From contig LDXR01000002.1 of the NCBI GenBank assembly GCA_001443495.1, positions 324,956 through 388,955 of the forward strand: a stretch of 64,000 nt of DNA, given 5' to 3'. Below the pieces are notes generated by a model. That model saw nothing but the letters and a program-made list of their open reading frames with translations. It had not been told where the DNA came from and ran no database searches. Of this stretch, positions 1 through 9,013 are shown in pieces; position 1 is the first letter of the stretch; every line of letters starts with the position of its first letter. The position numbers were made by a program, and so were the translations under genes. This DNA comes from a candidate division NC10 bacterium CSP1-5. Lineage in GTDB: Bacteria; Methylomirabilota; Methylomirabilia; Methylomirabilales; CSP1-5.

Positions 1-366
1 CAAGTACTCCACCGTCACGGTGATGGGTTTGCCGTTGGAGCGGTCGAGGTGACCGTGCCAGAAGCGGTTACCATAGCGGCTCTCCGTTTTTTCCTGGCCG
101 GGGATGCTCGCCTGCAGAGTTCGGCGGAGGATGTCCTGATGGGCATCGGAGGCAGCCAGGGGCACGAAGACATCGATGGGGCCGATACCGGGTGGCGGCG
201 ATGGAATCTCCACGTCGTAGGTGAAGGTGAAGGCGCGGACCCCTTGGCCCGCGTCGTAGACGACACGAGCTTCTGGCACCCCACACGTCCCTCCCGCACT
301 CTCGGCGATGACGGCGCCCGCGGTCAGGGCCAGGGCCGCCGGCATCGCGAGCAAACATGTAAACAC
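1..366 (-). CDS. exported hypothetical protein, N-terminal part (gene runs off left edge)
   Basis: The minus-strand frame is open from GTG 366 (GGAGG about 6 nt upstream; alternative ATG 345) to position 1. It is absent from the ORF track because it has no stop in the window. The N-terminus VFTCLLAMPAALALTAGAVIA is signal-peptide-like. Function not recognised. Confidence 0.5.
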   Translation of the reverse strand, partial: MFTCLLAMPAALALTAGAVIAESAGGTCGVPEARVVYDAGQGVRAFTFTYDVEIPSPPPGIGPIDVFVPLAASDAHQDILRRTLQASIPGQEKTESRYGNRFWHGHLDRSNGKPITVTVEYL

Positions 367-458
367 TCCTCGCCTCCCCTGGGGAATGCCTGGCATTGCT
401 GCTTCTCCTCGCTGACGGTTGGGGATCGTAGCTTTCAGCCGATCCTCGTGACCAGCGG

Positions 459-1274
459 TCACGGGATCTCCACGGGGTTGTCTTGCTCAAACGTGTAACG
501 GAGCTTTTGGACCCACCCGGTCCCTTCCTTCGTGGGCTCCTTGTGAATGCGGGTCTTGGTGACGGCCAGCTTGTCCTTCTCCTCATTGAGCCAGAAATCA
601 ATATCATACACCCTTTCGGACTCGCCTTGGACGCGAAAGTCCGTGCAGGCGAAGTATCCTTGCCCCTTGATCCTGCGGATGGGATCGTGGATCTTCACGA
701 ACTCGAGGGCTAACTCTTCACCGGTCTTCTCGTCCTTCAGCCGGTAGACGCCCCCGCCTTCCCTAGCCTTCTCGGCGATATGCGTATGGATCGCGGCCTT
801 GACCTGCCAGGCCTTCGCATCCGCCGTCTCGCCGGGATGCTCCTGGGCGACAGCCCACCACCACGGCAAAGGAGTGACGGTCGTCAGGACCCATTCGTTA
901 CCCTCCTTCTTCGGGTATCTGTGGGTGCGGGCGTCGACGATGGTCAGCTTTTCCCCCTTGGGCCTGACCCAAAAGTCTATGTCGTAGAACCTTTCGGGCT
1001 CGCCCTGGACGCGAAAGTCCACGTCGGCGAAATAGCCATGACCCTCGATCTTGCGGACGATCCGAATCTTCACGAACTCCAGAGCCAGGTCTTTCCCGGT
1101 CGCCTCATCCTTGAACTTGAAGACACCGCCCCCTTCTTTGACCTTCTGGGCGATGTGTTCTTGAATGGCGGCCTTGATCTCGTCGGTCGTGAAGGCGTGT
1201 GCCCCGGCGAGCGGCCCGAGGAAGGCGCCCACCGCCACCAAAACGCCGATGAAAAGCACTCCCAGACTCCGCAT
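459..1274 (-). CDS. exported hypothetical protein with internal tandem duplication
   Basis: 271-aa ORF starting at ATG 1274 with a hydrophobic signal-like N-terminus. Residues about 31-128 and 155-255 repeat the same pattern (KEGGGV..KDE.TG..LALEFVKI...G.GYFA..DFRVQGE.ER.YDIDFW). No family recognised. Confidence 0.7.
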   Translation of the reverse strand: MRSLGVLFIGVLVAVGAFLGPLAGAHAFTTDEIKAAIQEHIAQKVKEGGGVFKFKDEATGKDLALEFVKIRIVRKIEGHGYFADVDFRVQGEPERFYDIDFWVRPKGEKLTIVDARTHRYPKKEGNEWVLTTVTPLPWWWAVAQEHPGETADAKAWQVKAAIHTHIAEKAREGGGVYRLKDEKTGEELALEFVKIHDPIRRIKGQGYFACTDFRVQGESERVYDIDFWLNEEKDKLAVTKTRIHKEPTKEGTGWVQKLRYTFEQDNPVEIP

Positions 1275-1456
1275 GCAAGCCTCCCTTCTTTCAGGACCCT
1301 CGTACCGTGCCCAGACTTCCCCTTCCTCTCTAAAGACAGATTATGGTGCCGGTGTAAAGATGGTCAAGGGGAAACTTGCCTATTGGGCGGCTCTTGCGCG
1401 CACTCCTCTGAAATTTCGATGAAATCTATGTAAAATTCAACCCCTGACGCGAGAGG

Positions 1457-1813
1457 CTACCGGACCCACTTATTGGGTGTCCCTTCCATCGCTGAGCCCT
1501 CCTCGGGTCGCCACAGCAGCGCGTCCTCGAACTTCTTCGCCAGGGCGAAGTCTCGCTCGGTGATGCCGCCAGAGGCATGGGTCCGGAGCTTGACCCAGAC
1601 CTTGCCCCAGGTCACCTCCAGGTCCGGGTGGTGCCAGGCCGCCTCTGAGAGATAGCCAATGGCATTCACGAGCATCACAGTGGTCGGCCACCCATCGGTG
1701 TTGAATTTCCGCCGGATCCAGCGCCCCTCGAGAGTCCAGTTGGGAAGCTCCTTCTCGAGGCGCTTCATCACCTCGTCATCAGAGATCACCGGCAGCTTCT
1801 TTTCCTTTTCCAT
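1457..1813 (-). CDS. phhB: pterin-4-alpha-carbinolamine dehydratase (PCD/DCoH family)
   Basis: 118 aa with the typical PCD pattern (LPNWTLEG..I.R.F....W.......N.I..L.E...HHPDL.V.W..V.V.L.TH...GIT..D..LA). Confidence 0.85.
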   Translation of the reverse strand: MEKEKKLPVISDDEVMKRLEKELPNWTLEGRWIRRKFNTDGWPTTVMLVNAIGYLSEAAWHHPDLEVTWGKVWVKLRTHASGGITERDFALAKKFEDALLWRPEEGSAMEGTPNKWVR

Positions 1814-1888
1814 CGTACGATCCTCCCTGTAAAGGTTCCACGGTCTCTTCGGAGGCCTGGCGTCTTTCTCCTCCTCTCCGCTGGGAAC

Positions 1889-3319
1889 TCACGAGAAGAG
1901 CGCCTCGATCAGGGCCTTGGCCTTCACCAGCGTTTCTTCGTACTCTGCCTCGGGATCAGAGTCGGCCACGATGCCGCCGCCAACCTGAAAGTAGGCCCGG
2001 CCCCCTCGACAAATGATGGTGCGGATGGCGATGTTCAGGTCCAGGTCTCCGCCAAAGTCCAGATAGCCGATGGAGCCGGTGTAAATCCCCCGCCGGGTCG
2101 GCTCGAGCTCCTCGATGATCTCCATCGCCCGAATTTTTGGCGCCCCGGTCACCGATCCCCCCGGAAAACAGGCCCGCAGGAGGTCGATACGGTCGCGGTC
2201 CCGCCGCAATCGACCCAGGATGCTGGCGGTGGTCTGGAAGACCGTGGCGTAGGTCTCGAGGGCCCGGAGGGTCCTCACCCGGACCGAACCGTACTCGCAG
2301 ACCCGGCCCAGGTCGTTCCGCTCCAGGTCGACGATCATGACGAGCTCCGCCTGGTCTTTCGCACTCCTCAGCAATTCCTGTTTCAGATACCGATCCTCGG
2401 CCGGGCTCTTGCCGCGGGGGCGGGTCCCCTTCATGGGGCGCGTCTCCACCCGGCGATCGCGGAGTCGGAGGAATCGCTCGGGCGATCCCCCGACGACAGC
2501 GACCTCGCCGTAGTCGAGGAAGCAGCCGAACGGCGCCGGATTGATTCGATGGAGGCGCCGATAGAGGGGGAAGGGGTCCTCGTCGAAGCGGGTGGAAAAC
2601 CGCTGCGAAAGATTGACTTGATAGATGTCCCCGGCGGCGATGTACTCCTTGGCCTTGCGGACCGCGTCCAGATACCCTTCCTTCGTGAAGGTGCCCTCGA
2701 GGCCGCTCCGCGGGCGTTCCCGCTGTGCAGGTGAGCCCCATCGCCTGCGTCCGTCCTCAAGGCGCCGGAGCTGCCGGATAAGCTCTTGCCCCCGCCAGGT
2801 CGCCCGGCGGTGGGCCGCTCTCGGGTTGAGCTCCGGCAGACCGGTGGAGGCGACAAACAGCCGTCCCTTGACATGGTCAAAGATGAGCGCCCGATCGTAA
2901 AGACCCAGGAGGCAGTCCGGCACCTGCAGGTCATCCGTACTGAGGGAGGGGAGTCGCTCGATGAAGCGGTTCAGATCGTAGCTCAAGAAACCGACGGCCC
3001 CGGCGAGAAAGGGGGCCGGTTGAGCCGTCCAGCGCACCTGGAACCGCGCCAGGAGAGAGCGGAGGGCCTCCAGGGGGTCGGCTTGAAAGGTGACCGAGTG
3101 ATCACCCTCCCGGACCTCGATCCTTTGCCCCCGCGCCCGGAAGGTCAGGAAGGGGTCAGTCCCCAGGAAGGAAAAGCGACCCAGCTGGAAAAGGTTCATG
3201 CCACTTTCCAGCAGGAAGCTCCAGGGGGTCTCCCGAAATATCGTGAAGACCTCACCGGGGGAGATGTCCAGTGGATAGTCCTTCAGGAAAGGGGTCAGGG
3301 TCGGGGGGGTGGCCACCAT
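1889..3319 (-). CDS. pabB: aminodeoxychorismate/anthranilate synthase component I family (PabB-like)
   Basis: Carries chorismate-binding C-terminal motifs: GSPERFL, PMKGTRPRG, DLERNDLGRV, FPGGSVTGAPKIRAMEIIEELE, RGIYTGSIGY. ATG 3319 is preferred over the ORF-track TTG 3349. The PabB versus TrpE choice rests on context (pABA is the precursor of the H4MPT arylamine). Confidence 0.8.
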   Translation of the reverse strand: MVATPPTLTPFLKDYPLDISPGEVFTIFRETPWSFLLESGMNLFQLGRFSFLGTDPFLTFRARGQRIEVREGDHSVTFQADPLEALRSLLARFQVRWTAQPAPFLAGAVGFLSYDLNRFIERLPSLSTDDLQVPDCLLGLYDRALIFDHVKGRLFVASTGLPELNPRAAHRRATWRGQELIRQLRRLEDGRRRWGSPAQRERPRSGLEGTFTKEGYLDAVRKAKEYIAAGDIYQVNLSQRFSTRFDEDPFPLYRRLHRINPAPFGCFLDYGEVAVVGGSPERFLRLRDRRVETRPMKGTRPRGKSPAEDRYLKQELLRSAKDQAELVMIVDLERNDLGRVCEYGSVRVRTLRALETYATVFQTTASILGRLRRDRDRIDLLRACFPGGSVTGAPKIRAMEIIEELEPTRRGIYTGSIGYLDFGGDLDLNIAIRTIICRGGRAYFQVGGGIVADSDPEAEYEETLVKAKALIEALFS

Positions 3320-3482
3320 CGCTTTTCTTCTCGGCGGGCACCGGTTCAACGGGGTCGCGGGTCCCGCTCCCCAGGGTCTCTCTCGTTCTTCAAGATGATC
3401 AATTTATAACGGGATTATAACGCCACTGCCTCGGAGGCTGCAAGTTCAAAGGCGATCTGTGCCCTATCGCCGCTGACGGGGT

Positions 3483-3511
3483 TTGACAGAGGATCGCCGC
3501 TGCCATATCAT
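3483..3511 (+). promoter_or_regulatory. sigma70-like promoter TTGACA-N17-TATCAT
   Basis: TTGACA at 3483-3488, an exact 17-nt spacer, then TATCAT at 3506-3511, about 45 nt upstream of the 3555 start. Confidence 0.55.
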
Positions 3512-3554
3512 CCGAGGCCGGAAAATCTGGAGGTGAGAGTCTCGTCATCACTCC

Positions 3555-4886
3555 GTGCGGTTGGGGGCGTGTATGCCCTGGTCAAGGTCGGTGCTCCGCT
3601 TTCCTCCCCGGAGGCAAATCCTCCTGGCCTCGCGGCCATTCCGCTATCGGCATGGGCGGTTCTGGATCGAGGGGGTGCCGTGGGAAGGGGTGGTTGAGTC
3701 GCTTGGGACCCCGGTCCTCATTTACTCTCGAGAACGGCTCCTGAGCAATATTGCCTCGCTGGAGAAAACGGCAAAGGCCCTCCCCATTCCGGTCCGAATC
3801 CATGCCGCCCTGAAGGCGTGCACCCTTCCCGGTATTGCAACCATCCTTCGGGAGGCCGGCCTCGGGGTCGAGGTCATGTCGGAGTTCGAATACCAGCTCA
3901 GCCGCAAGGCCGGCTTTACCCCGGGCCAGATGGTGGTGAATGCTCCTGCGAAAGCGCGGGCGTTCCTTGACCGGGCCGTGGCCGAGAAGGTCGCCCTGCT
4001 CAATGTGGAATCGGAGGAGGAGCTGGAGGTCATAGATGCCCTTGGTAGGAGGATTGGGGCCCCCGTCCGAATCGGGGTCCGCGTGAATCCGCCGCTCGGG
4101 CGGGAGCCCCCCCGTGGCTTCGGCGGCCGTGGGTCTAAGTTCGGGTTCGACATCGATTCCGGGGATGCGCGCCGGGCGGTAAAACGCGCCGCAAGCCTCC
4201 CGGGAGTTGAACTCATGGCGATCCACTGTCATGCCTGGACCCGACAATATGCTCCCCGTCGGTACCTTGCCGGGGTCCGACCAGTCCTCCGGTTCCTGGC
4301 CGAGGTTGAGCGCGAGATCGATCGTCGGATTCCCTGGATTGACCTGGGGGGAGGATTTGGGAGTCGGAACCTGCTCGAGGCTTCCGGGCGTCGCATTGCC
4401 GATTTCCTGGGCCCTCTGGGGGAAGAGATCCGGGGGTTGGGGGGTCACCGGGAACTTCTCTTGGAACCGGGTCGCTATCTGCTCAACGATGCGGCCGTCT
4501 GCATCGGCCAGGTCCTGACCCGAAAGCGAAACGCCAGGCGTCACTGGGTCTTGACCGATGCTGGCTCCCACATCCTCCCCCTGCGGGACAACGTCGAGTA
4601 CTACGCCGCCCCTGCCCAGCTGAACCGGGGAAGTCAGCGTTTCTGCATCGGCGACGCCCTGTGCATTCCCAGCGGGGTCTTGCCAGGTTCTTTTGCTCTC
4701 GGGGAGATCCGATCGGGGGATAGCCTGGTCATTTTCAATTGCGGAGCCTACACCTTCTCACTCGCCCAGCACTTCGGAGGCCTCGCCCCGGCGGTGGCCC
4801 TGGTGGAGGGCGACACGTGGAGGCTCCTGTTCCGGCGGCGGTCGCCAGACGAGTGGTTGAGGTGGATTGAAGACCAGAGACCGTAA
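3555..4886 (+). CDS. PLP-dependent decarboxylase, Orn/DAP/Arg decarboxylase (alanine-racemase fold) family, LysA-like
   Basis: 443 aa. Shows a GTPVLIYS start region, a HAALKAC PLP-lysine-like motif, LGGGFG and EPGRYL motifs. Start is GTG 3555 or ATG 3573. Confidence 0.75.
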   Translation: MRLGACMPWSRSVLRFPPRRQILLASRPFRYRHGRFWIEGVPWEGVVESLGTPVLIYSRERLLSNIASLEKTAKALPIPVRIHAALKACTLPGIATILREAGLGVEVMSEFEYQLSRKAGFTPGQMVVNAPAKARAFLDRAVAEKVALLNVESEEELEVIDALGRRIGAPVRIGVRVNPPLGREPPRGFGGRGSKFGFDIDSGDARRAVKRAASLPGVELMAIHCHAWTRQYAPRRYLAGVRPVLRFLAEVEREIDRRIPWIDLGGGFGSRNLLEASGRRIADFLGPLGEEIRGLGGHRELLLEPGRYLLNDAAVCIGQVLTRKRNARRHWVLTDAGSHILPLRDNVEYYAAPAQLNRGSQRFCIGDALCIPSGVLPGSFALGEIRSGDSLVIFNCGAYTFSLAQHFGGLAPAVALVEGDTWRLLFRRRSPDEWLRWIEDQRP

Positions 4887-5045
4887 AGGTGTGCGAGAGA
4901 GGGCCAAGACCGAGGCCTATCAACGAAAAAGGGGGTTGACAAAGCTGGGGCTTTCGGCTAGGTATTCCTTATCTGAATCGAACGGGGTTTTACGAGCCGG
5001 AGTCTGGTGTTGCTCTTCACACTCTTTCTTTGAGGGAGGGGAACC

Positions 5046-5540
5046 ATGGCATCAATAATGGTCGGGGAATCGTTGGTCGGAGACGGGAACGAGGTTGCCC
5101 ACATTGACCTCATGATCGGCCGAAAGGACGGACCGGTCGGAGTGGCGTTTGCCAACCGCCTGGCCGCGCAGACGGCGGGACACAACGGTCTCCTCGCGGT
5201 GCTCGAGCCAAACCTTCCGGCAAAGCCCGACACGGTGATGTTCAACAAGGTCACCATCAAGGGGGCGACTCAGGCGGTCCAGATGTTCGGTCCGGCTCAG
5301 ATGGCGGTGGCAAAAGCCGTCGCGGACAGCGTCGCCGCAGGGATCATTCCAAAGAAGGACGCGGAGGATCTCTGCATCGTCTGCGGGGTCTTCATCCACT
5401 GGGAGGCCAAGGACACGAAGAAGATCTACGAGTATAATTACCAAGCCGTCAAGGAGTCGATCCAGCGCGCCTTTGCCCAGAAGCCGACGGTCGACGAGGT
5501 CCTCGCTAAGAAGGACAAGGCCAAGCATCCCTTCGCCTAA
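5046..5540 (+). CDS. fae: formaldehyde-activating enzyme (5,6,7,8-tetrahydromethanopterin hydro-lyase)
   Basis: 164 aa with a near-canonical Fae sequence (VGESLVGDGNEVAHIDLMIG...NKVTIKG...IVCGVFIHW). Strong RBS GAGGGAGGGG before the ATG. Confidence 0.95.
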   Translation: MASIMVGESLVGDGNEVAHIDLMIGRKDGPVGVAFANRLAAQTAGHNGLLAVLEPNLPAKPDTVMFNKVTIKGATQAVQMFGPAQMAVAKAVADSVAAGIIPKKDAEDLCIVCGVFIHWEAKDTKKIYEYNYQAVKESIQRAFAQKPTVDEVLAKKDKAKHPFA

Positions 5541-5567
5541 CCAACCGAGTTCGTGAGAGCGTGACGG

Positions 5568-5594
5568 GAGAGCACACGGGAGTCGTGTGCTCTC
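5568..5594 (+). other. intercistronic stem-loop between fae and mtdB
   Basis: Perfect 10-bp stem GAGAGCACAC (5568-5577) / GTGTGCTCTC (5585-5594) with a 7-nt loop and no U-tract. It lies 27 nt after the fae stop and 13 nt before the mtdB ATG. Confidence 0.6.
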
Positions 5595-5606
5595 AACGCT
5601 ATTCGA

Positions 5607-6482
5607 ATGGAGCGGAAGCACCTTCTGTATCTCTTTAGTACCGATGCCTCGGCCAGCCCCTTTGACATCAACATGGCCTACGACGCGGGGTTTCATGCGG
5701 TCATCCCGTACGGGAACGTGACCGAGGAGACGGGCACCCTCCTCATCCAGGACATCATCTTTTCCCGCGGTCCAAAGGGGGCCAAGTTTACGGCCCTCTT
5801 CATCGGCGGCAACGACGTGGACCTCGCCGAGACGATCCGTGCGGCCGCCATCAAGAGCATGTTCCCACCCTTCCAGGTCTCGGTGATGATCGACCCTAAG
5901 GGCGCGTACACCACTGCCGCCGCCCTCGTGGCCAAGGTGGAGAAAGCCCTGGGAGGTCTGAGCGGGAGGAAGGCCGCGATCCTCGGCGGAACGGGCCCCG
6001 TGGGCAGAGTGGCGGCGACGCTCTGCGCGAAGAACGGGTGCGAGGTGATCGTCGGGTCGCGTTCGAGAGAGGCGGCGGATCGTCTCGCGAAGGGGATCGC
6101 GGAGAAAGCCGGTGGGAAGATCGCAGGCGCCCAGATGGGGACAGACGACGAGAAACTTCCCATCTTAAAGGGGGTCGACGTGATCCTAGCGACGGCAAAG
6201 GCCGGGGTCGAGATCCTGTCCCGGTCGGCCTTAGAGGTACTGCCCGCGGGCAAGGTGGTGGCCGACGTCAACGCCGTCCCGCCGAGCGGCGTGGCAGGGC
6301 TCAAGCCGGAAGACGATCTGAAGGAGATCGCTCCGGGGATCAGGGGGATCGGGGCGTTAGCCACCGGGGTCTTGAAGTACGACGTCGAGATGGAGATGTT
6401 GGAGACGATCAGGACCTCCAAGGAGTTTATCGTCCTGGACGATGGCTCTGCGATGGACATCGCCAGGAGACGACTTCGGTAA
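5607..6482 (+). CDS. mtdB: NAD(P)-dependent methylene-tetrahydromethanopterin dehydrogenase (MtdA/MtdB family)
   Basis: 291 aa with the family pattern (LLYLFSTD.S.SPFDINMAYDAGF; Rossmann GGTGPVG). Sits directly after fae. Confidence 0.88.
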   Translation: MERKHLLYLFSTDASASPFDINMAYDAGFHAVIPYGNVTEETGTLLIQDIIFSRGPKGAKFTALFIGGNDVDLAETIRAAAIKSMFPPFQVSVMIDPKGAYTTAAALVAKVEKALGGLSGRKAAILGGTGPVGRVAATLCAKNGCEVIVGSRSREAADRLAKGIAEKAGGKIAGAQMGTDDEKLPILKGVDVILATAKAGVEILSRSALEVLPAGKVVADVNAVPPSGVAGLKPEDDLKEIAPGIRGIGALATGVLKYDVEMEMLETIRTSKEFIVLDDGSAMDIARRRLR

Positions 6483-6490
6483 GGAGCCTG

Positions 6491-7222
6491 ATGGATTTGT
6501 CCGGCAGAGTTGTTATCGTGACGGGGGCAAGCCGACAAGGCCAGATGGGGGAGCATCTCGCCCAGGCCTTCGCGGGGCGGGGAGTATCCGTCGTGGTTGC
6601 CGCCAGGACGGAGGCCAACGTCGCGAGGGTCGCTGAGGGGATCAAGGCCAAAGGAGGCAGAGCCATTGGTCTCCAGGTGGACGGGACGGTTGAAGCTGAT
6701 GTCCTTCGCATGGTGGACCGAACGCTTCAGGCGTATAAGCGGATCGACGTCCTGGTGAACCTGGCCGGGGGTCTGACCCGGTACAAGCCGGTGGCTGAGA
6801 TGACTGTGAGGGATTGGGAGGAGGAACTGAAGAATAATCTCACCACAGCATTCCTGTGCTCCCGGGCTGCGATCAAGCCCATGGCTGACGCCAAATATGG
6901 GAAGATCATTAATTTCGCTTCGGTAGGCGGTTTGAATCCCATGGCGCAGATGGCGCCTTACAACTGTGCCAAGGCCGCGATCATCGCGCTGACGAAGACG
7001 CTGGCCCTCGAGCTGAAGAAGCATAATATCTATGTCAACGCCGTGGCCCCGGGGCTGATCCAGACGCAGGCCAACCTCGAGGCGATGAAGCCCTCCCCGG
7101 AAGATCTGGAGAAGAAGTGGGTGAGTCGGGAGGCGGTTGCCAACGCGGTCCTGTTCCTGGCCTCGAGGGCCTCTGACGGGATCACCGGTCAGGTGATCCC
7201 GGTCATGGGAAAAGGGATTTAA
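6491..7222 (+). CDS. SDR family oxidoreductase
   Basis: ATG 6491 with AAGGAG upstream. The ORF-track 6038 start is a spurious extension overlapping mtdB. Motifs VTGASRQGQMG and YNCAK (YxxxK). Confidence 0.85.
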   Translation: MDLSGRVVIVTGASRQGQMGEHLAQAFAGRGVSVVVAARTEANVARVAEGIKAKGGRAIGLQVDGTVEADVLRMVDRTLQAYKRIDVLVNLAGGLTRYKPVAEMTVRDWEEELKNNLTTAFLCSRAAIKPMADAKYGKIINFASVGGLNPMAQMAPYNCAKAAIIALTKTLALELKKHNIYVNAVAPGLIQTQANLEAMKPSPEDLEKKWVSREAVANAVLFLASRASDGITGQVIPVMGKGI

Positions 7223-7344
7223 GCGGAGGCTCTAAGCTCCTTCTCAGACCTGCCGGCTGGCGTCAGCCAAAGCAGAAGGGGCTTTTTCCTTGTGTGGTTG
7301 CTGTGGTAACATAACCGGACGGGGGTTGGGATCAAGGACTAAAG

Positions 7345-7686
7345 GTGGCCAAGTCATTTATCTTGATCACCGGTCGGACGACGAAGCAGGGACGGACCAT
7401 CCACCTGGGCAAGCAGGCCAAAGACTACATCGACGAGGTCAGCGCCCTCGAGATGAACCCGGCGGACATGGAAGCCCTTCAGGTCAAGGAGGGGGACCGG
7501 GTGCGCCTGAGGACTGACCATGGCTCGAGCGTGGTCCGGTGCAAGAAGGGGACGGTGCCGCCCGGGCTCCTCTTCATCGCCTACGGTCAATTTGTCAATG
7601 CCCTGGTTGGGCCGGATACGCAGGGGACCGGGATGCCAAACACGAAAGGGATCGAGGTGGAGGTAGAGAAAGATGACAGTGGCTAA
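7345..7686 (+). CDS. fwdD: formylmethanofuran dehydrogenase subunit D-like (molybdopterin-dinucleotide-binding barrel)
   Basis: 113 aa. ILITGRTTKQG...EMNPADMEALQVKEGDRVRL...GMPNTKGIEVEV closely follows the archaeal FwdD/FmdD pattern. GTG start; overlaps subunit B by 14 nt. Confidence 0.8.
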   Translation: MAKSFILITGRTTKQGRTIHLGKQAKDYIDEVSALEMNPADMEALQVKEGDRVRLRTDHGSSVVRCKKGTVPPGLLFIAYGQFVNALVGPDTQGTGMPNTKGIEVEVEKDDSG

Positions 7687-9007
7687 AGAGATGCGGGTGG
7701 TGAAGGACGTCACCTGCCCCTTCTGCGGGGTGACCTGTGACGATCTGGAGGTCCATGTCGAGGATGGCAAGATCCGCGACGTCAAAAATGCCTGTGTCCT
7801 CGGCAAGGATACCTTCCTCCATCACCTCGAGGGGTTGGCGACTCCCCGGATCGATGGAAAGCCGGCCTCCATCGAGGCGTGCATTGAGGCGGCGGCGGAT
7901 ATCCTCGCCCGGGCGAAGTACCCTCTCATCTATGGCCTGGATTCGACTGAGCTCCATGCCCACCGCAAGGCGATCGAACTCGCGGACCTGATTGGGGCCA
8001 ACATCGACCACACCTCTTCGGTCTGCCATGCCCCCAGCCTCCAGGCGGTGCAGACCGTCGGGATTCCAAGCTGCACGGTTGGCGAGGTCAAGAACCGGGC
8101 CGATCTGGTGATCTTCTGGGGGGCCAACCCGGCCGAGGCCCATCCGCGGCACGCAACCCGGTATTCCGTGACGGTGAAAGGCATGTTCACCCCTCAGGGG
8201 AGGAAGGATCGGACCGTCATTCACATCGATGTGCGGCGCACGCCAACCAGCCGCATGGCCGATACGTTCATCCAGATCAAGCCCCACTCCGATTACGAAG
8301 TCTTCTCCACCCTGACCGCCCTGGTCAACGGGCATGACCTCGATGTCTCGGAAGTCGGGGGCGTTCCCCTGCAGGAATGGCGCGACCTGGTTGAAGTGAT
8401 GAAGGGAGCGAAGTTTGGGATTCTCTACTGGGGCATGGGACTCACCATGACCCGGGGGAAGTATCTGAACGTGGTGGCACTGCTCCGGCTCTGCCAGGAG
8501 TTGAACCGCTTTACCAAGTTTCTGGGGGCGCCGCTCAGGGGTCACGGCAACGTGGTCGGCATGGCCCAGGTCCTCACCTGGCAGACGGGGTTCCCGTTCG
8601 CCGTGAATATGAGCCGCGGGTATCCGCGATTCAACCCGGGCGAGTTCTCGGTGGCGGACCTGCTGGGCCGGGGGGAGGTCGATGCCGCGCTGATCATCGC
8701 GGCCGACGCCATCGGCAACTTCCCCGCCAAAGCGGCCCAGCATCTGAAGTCCATTCCGCTCATTGCCGTGGATCCGAAGGAGAGTGAGACGACGAAGGTC
8801 GCTCAGGTAGTCATCCCCGCAGCCCAGGCGGCGGTGGCCGCTGAGGGCGTAGCGTACCGCATGGATCACATCCCCCTCCCCCTCAAAAAGGTCGTCGATT
8901 CCCCGTATCCCTCGGACCGCGAAATCCTCGACCGGATCATCGCGCGGGTGCTGGCGAAGCGGCCGGACGATGGGGCCAAGCGCGCAGCTCCTCTTCCGCG
9001 CGGGTAG
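7673..9007 (+). CDS. fhcB: formylmethanofuran dehydrogenase subunit B (FwdB/FhcB)
   Basis: 444 aa with an N-terminal CPFCGVTCDD cluster motif. A Cys118-His119 pair (TSSVCHAPS, codons 8024-8029) lies in the position of the metal-ligand Cys/Sec-His of the Mo/W formate dehydrogenase family. Confidence 0.9.
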   Translation: MTVAKEMRVVKDVTCPFCGVTCDDLEVHVEDGKIRDVKNACVLGKDTFLHHLEGLATPRIDGKPASIEACIEAAADILARAKYPLIYGLDSTELHAHRKAIELADLIGANIDHTSSVCHAPSLQAVQTVGIPSCTVGEVKNRADLVIFWGANPAEAHPRHATRYSVTVKGMFTPQGRKDRTVIHIDVRRTPTSRMADTFIQIKPHSDYEVFSTLTALVNGHDLDVSEVGGVPLQEWRDLVEVMKGAKFGILYWGMGLTMTRGKYLNVVALLRLCQELNRFTKFLGAPLRGHGNVVGMAQVLTWQTGFPFAVNMSRGYPRFNPGEFSVADLLGRGEVDAALIIAADAIGNFPAKAAQHLKSIPLIAVDPKESETTKVAQVVIPAAQAAVAAEGVAYRMDHIPLPLKKVVDSPYPSDREILDRIIARVLAKRPDDGAKRAAPLPRG

Positions 9008-9013
9008 TCGCCT

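Noticed and set aside
4936-4964. TTGACA upstream of fae as a promoter.
   Set aside because: The -35 box is exact, but the hexamer 17 nt downstream (TAGGTA) is a poor -10 match. This is too weak to call, and fae may be transcribed from elsewhere.
5693-7024. Long ORF-track entries antisense to, or out of frame with, recognised genes. Examples: 5693-7024(-), 7595-8869(-), 9020-10357(-), 13138-14274(-), 17896-19242(+), 39645-41126(-), 40742-42058(-), 50418-52292(+), 57752-59344(-), 62081-63571(-), 62686-63660(-), 12288-13160(+).
   Set aside because: Each fully overlaps a gene with clear family motifs on the other strand or in another frame. Their translations are Arg/Gly/Pro/Ala-rich and low in complexity, as expected for stop-poor shadow frames in GC-rich DNA.
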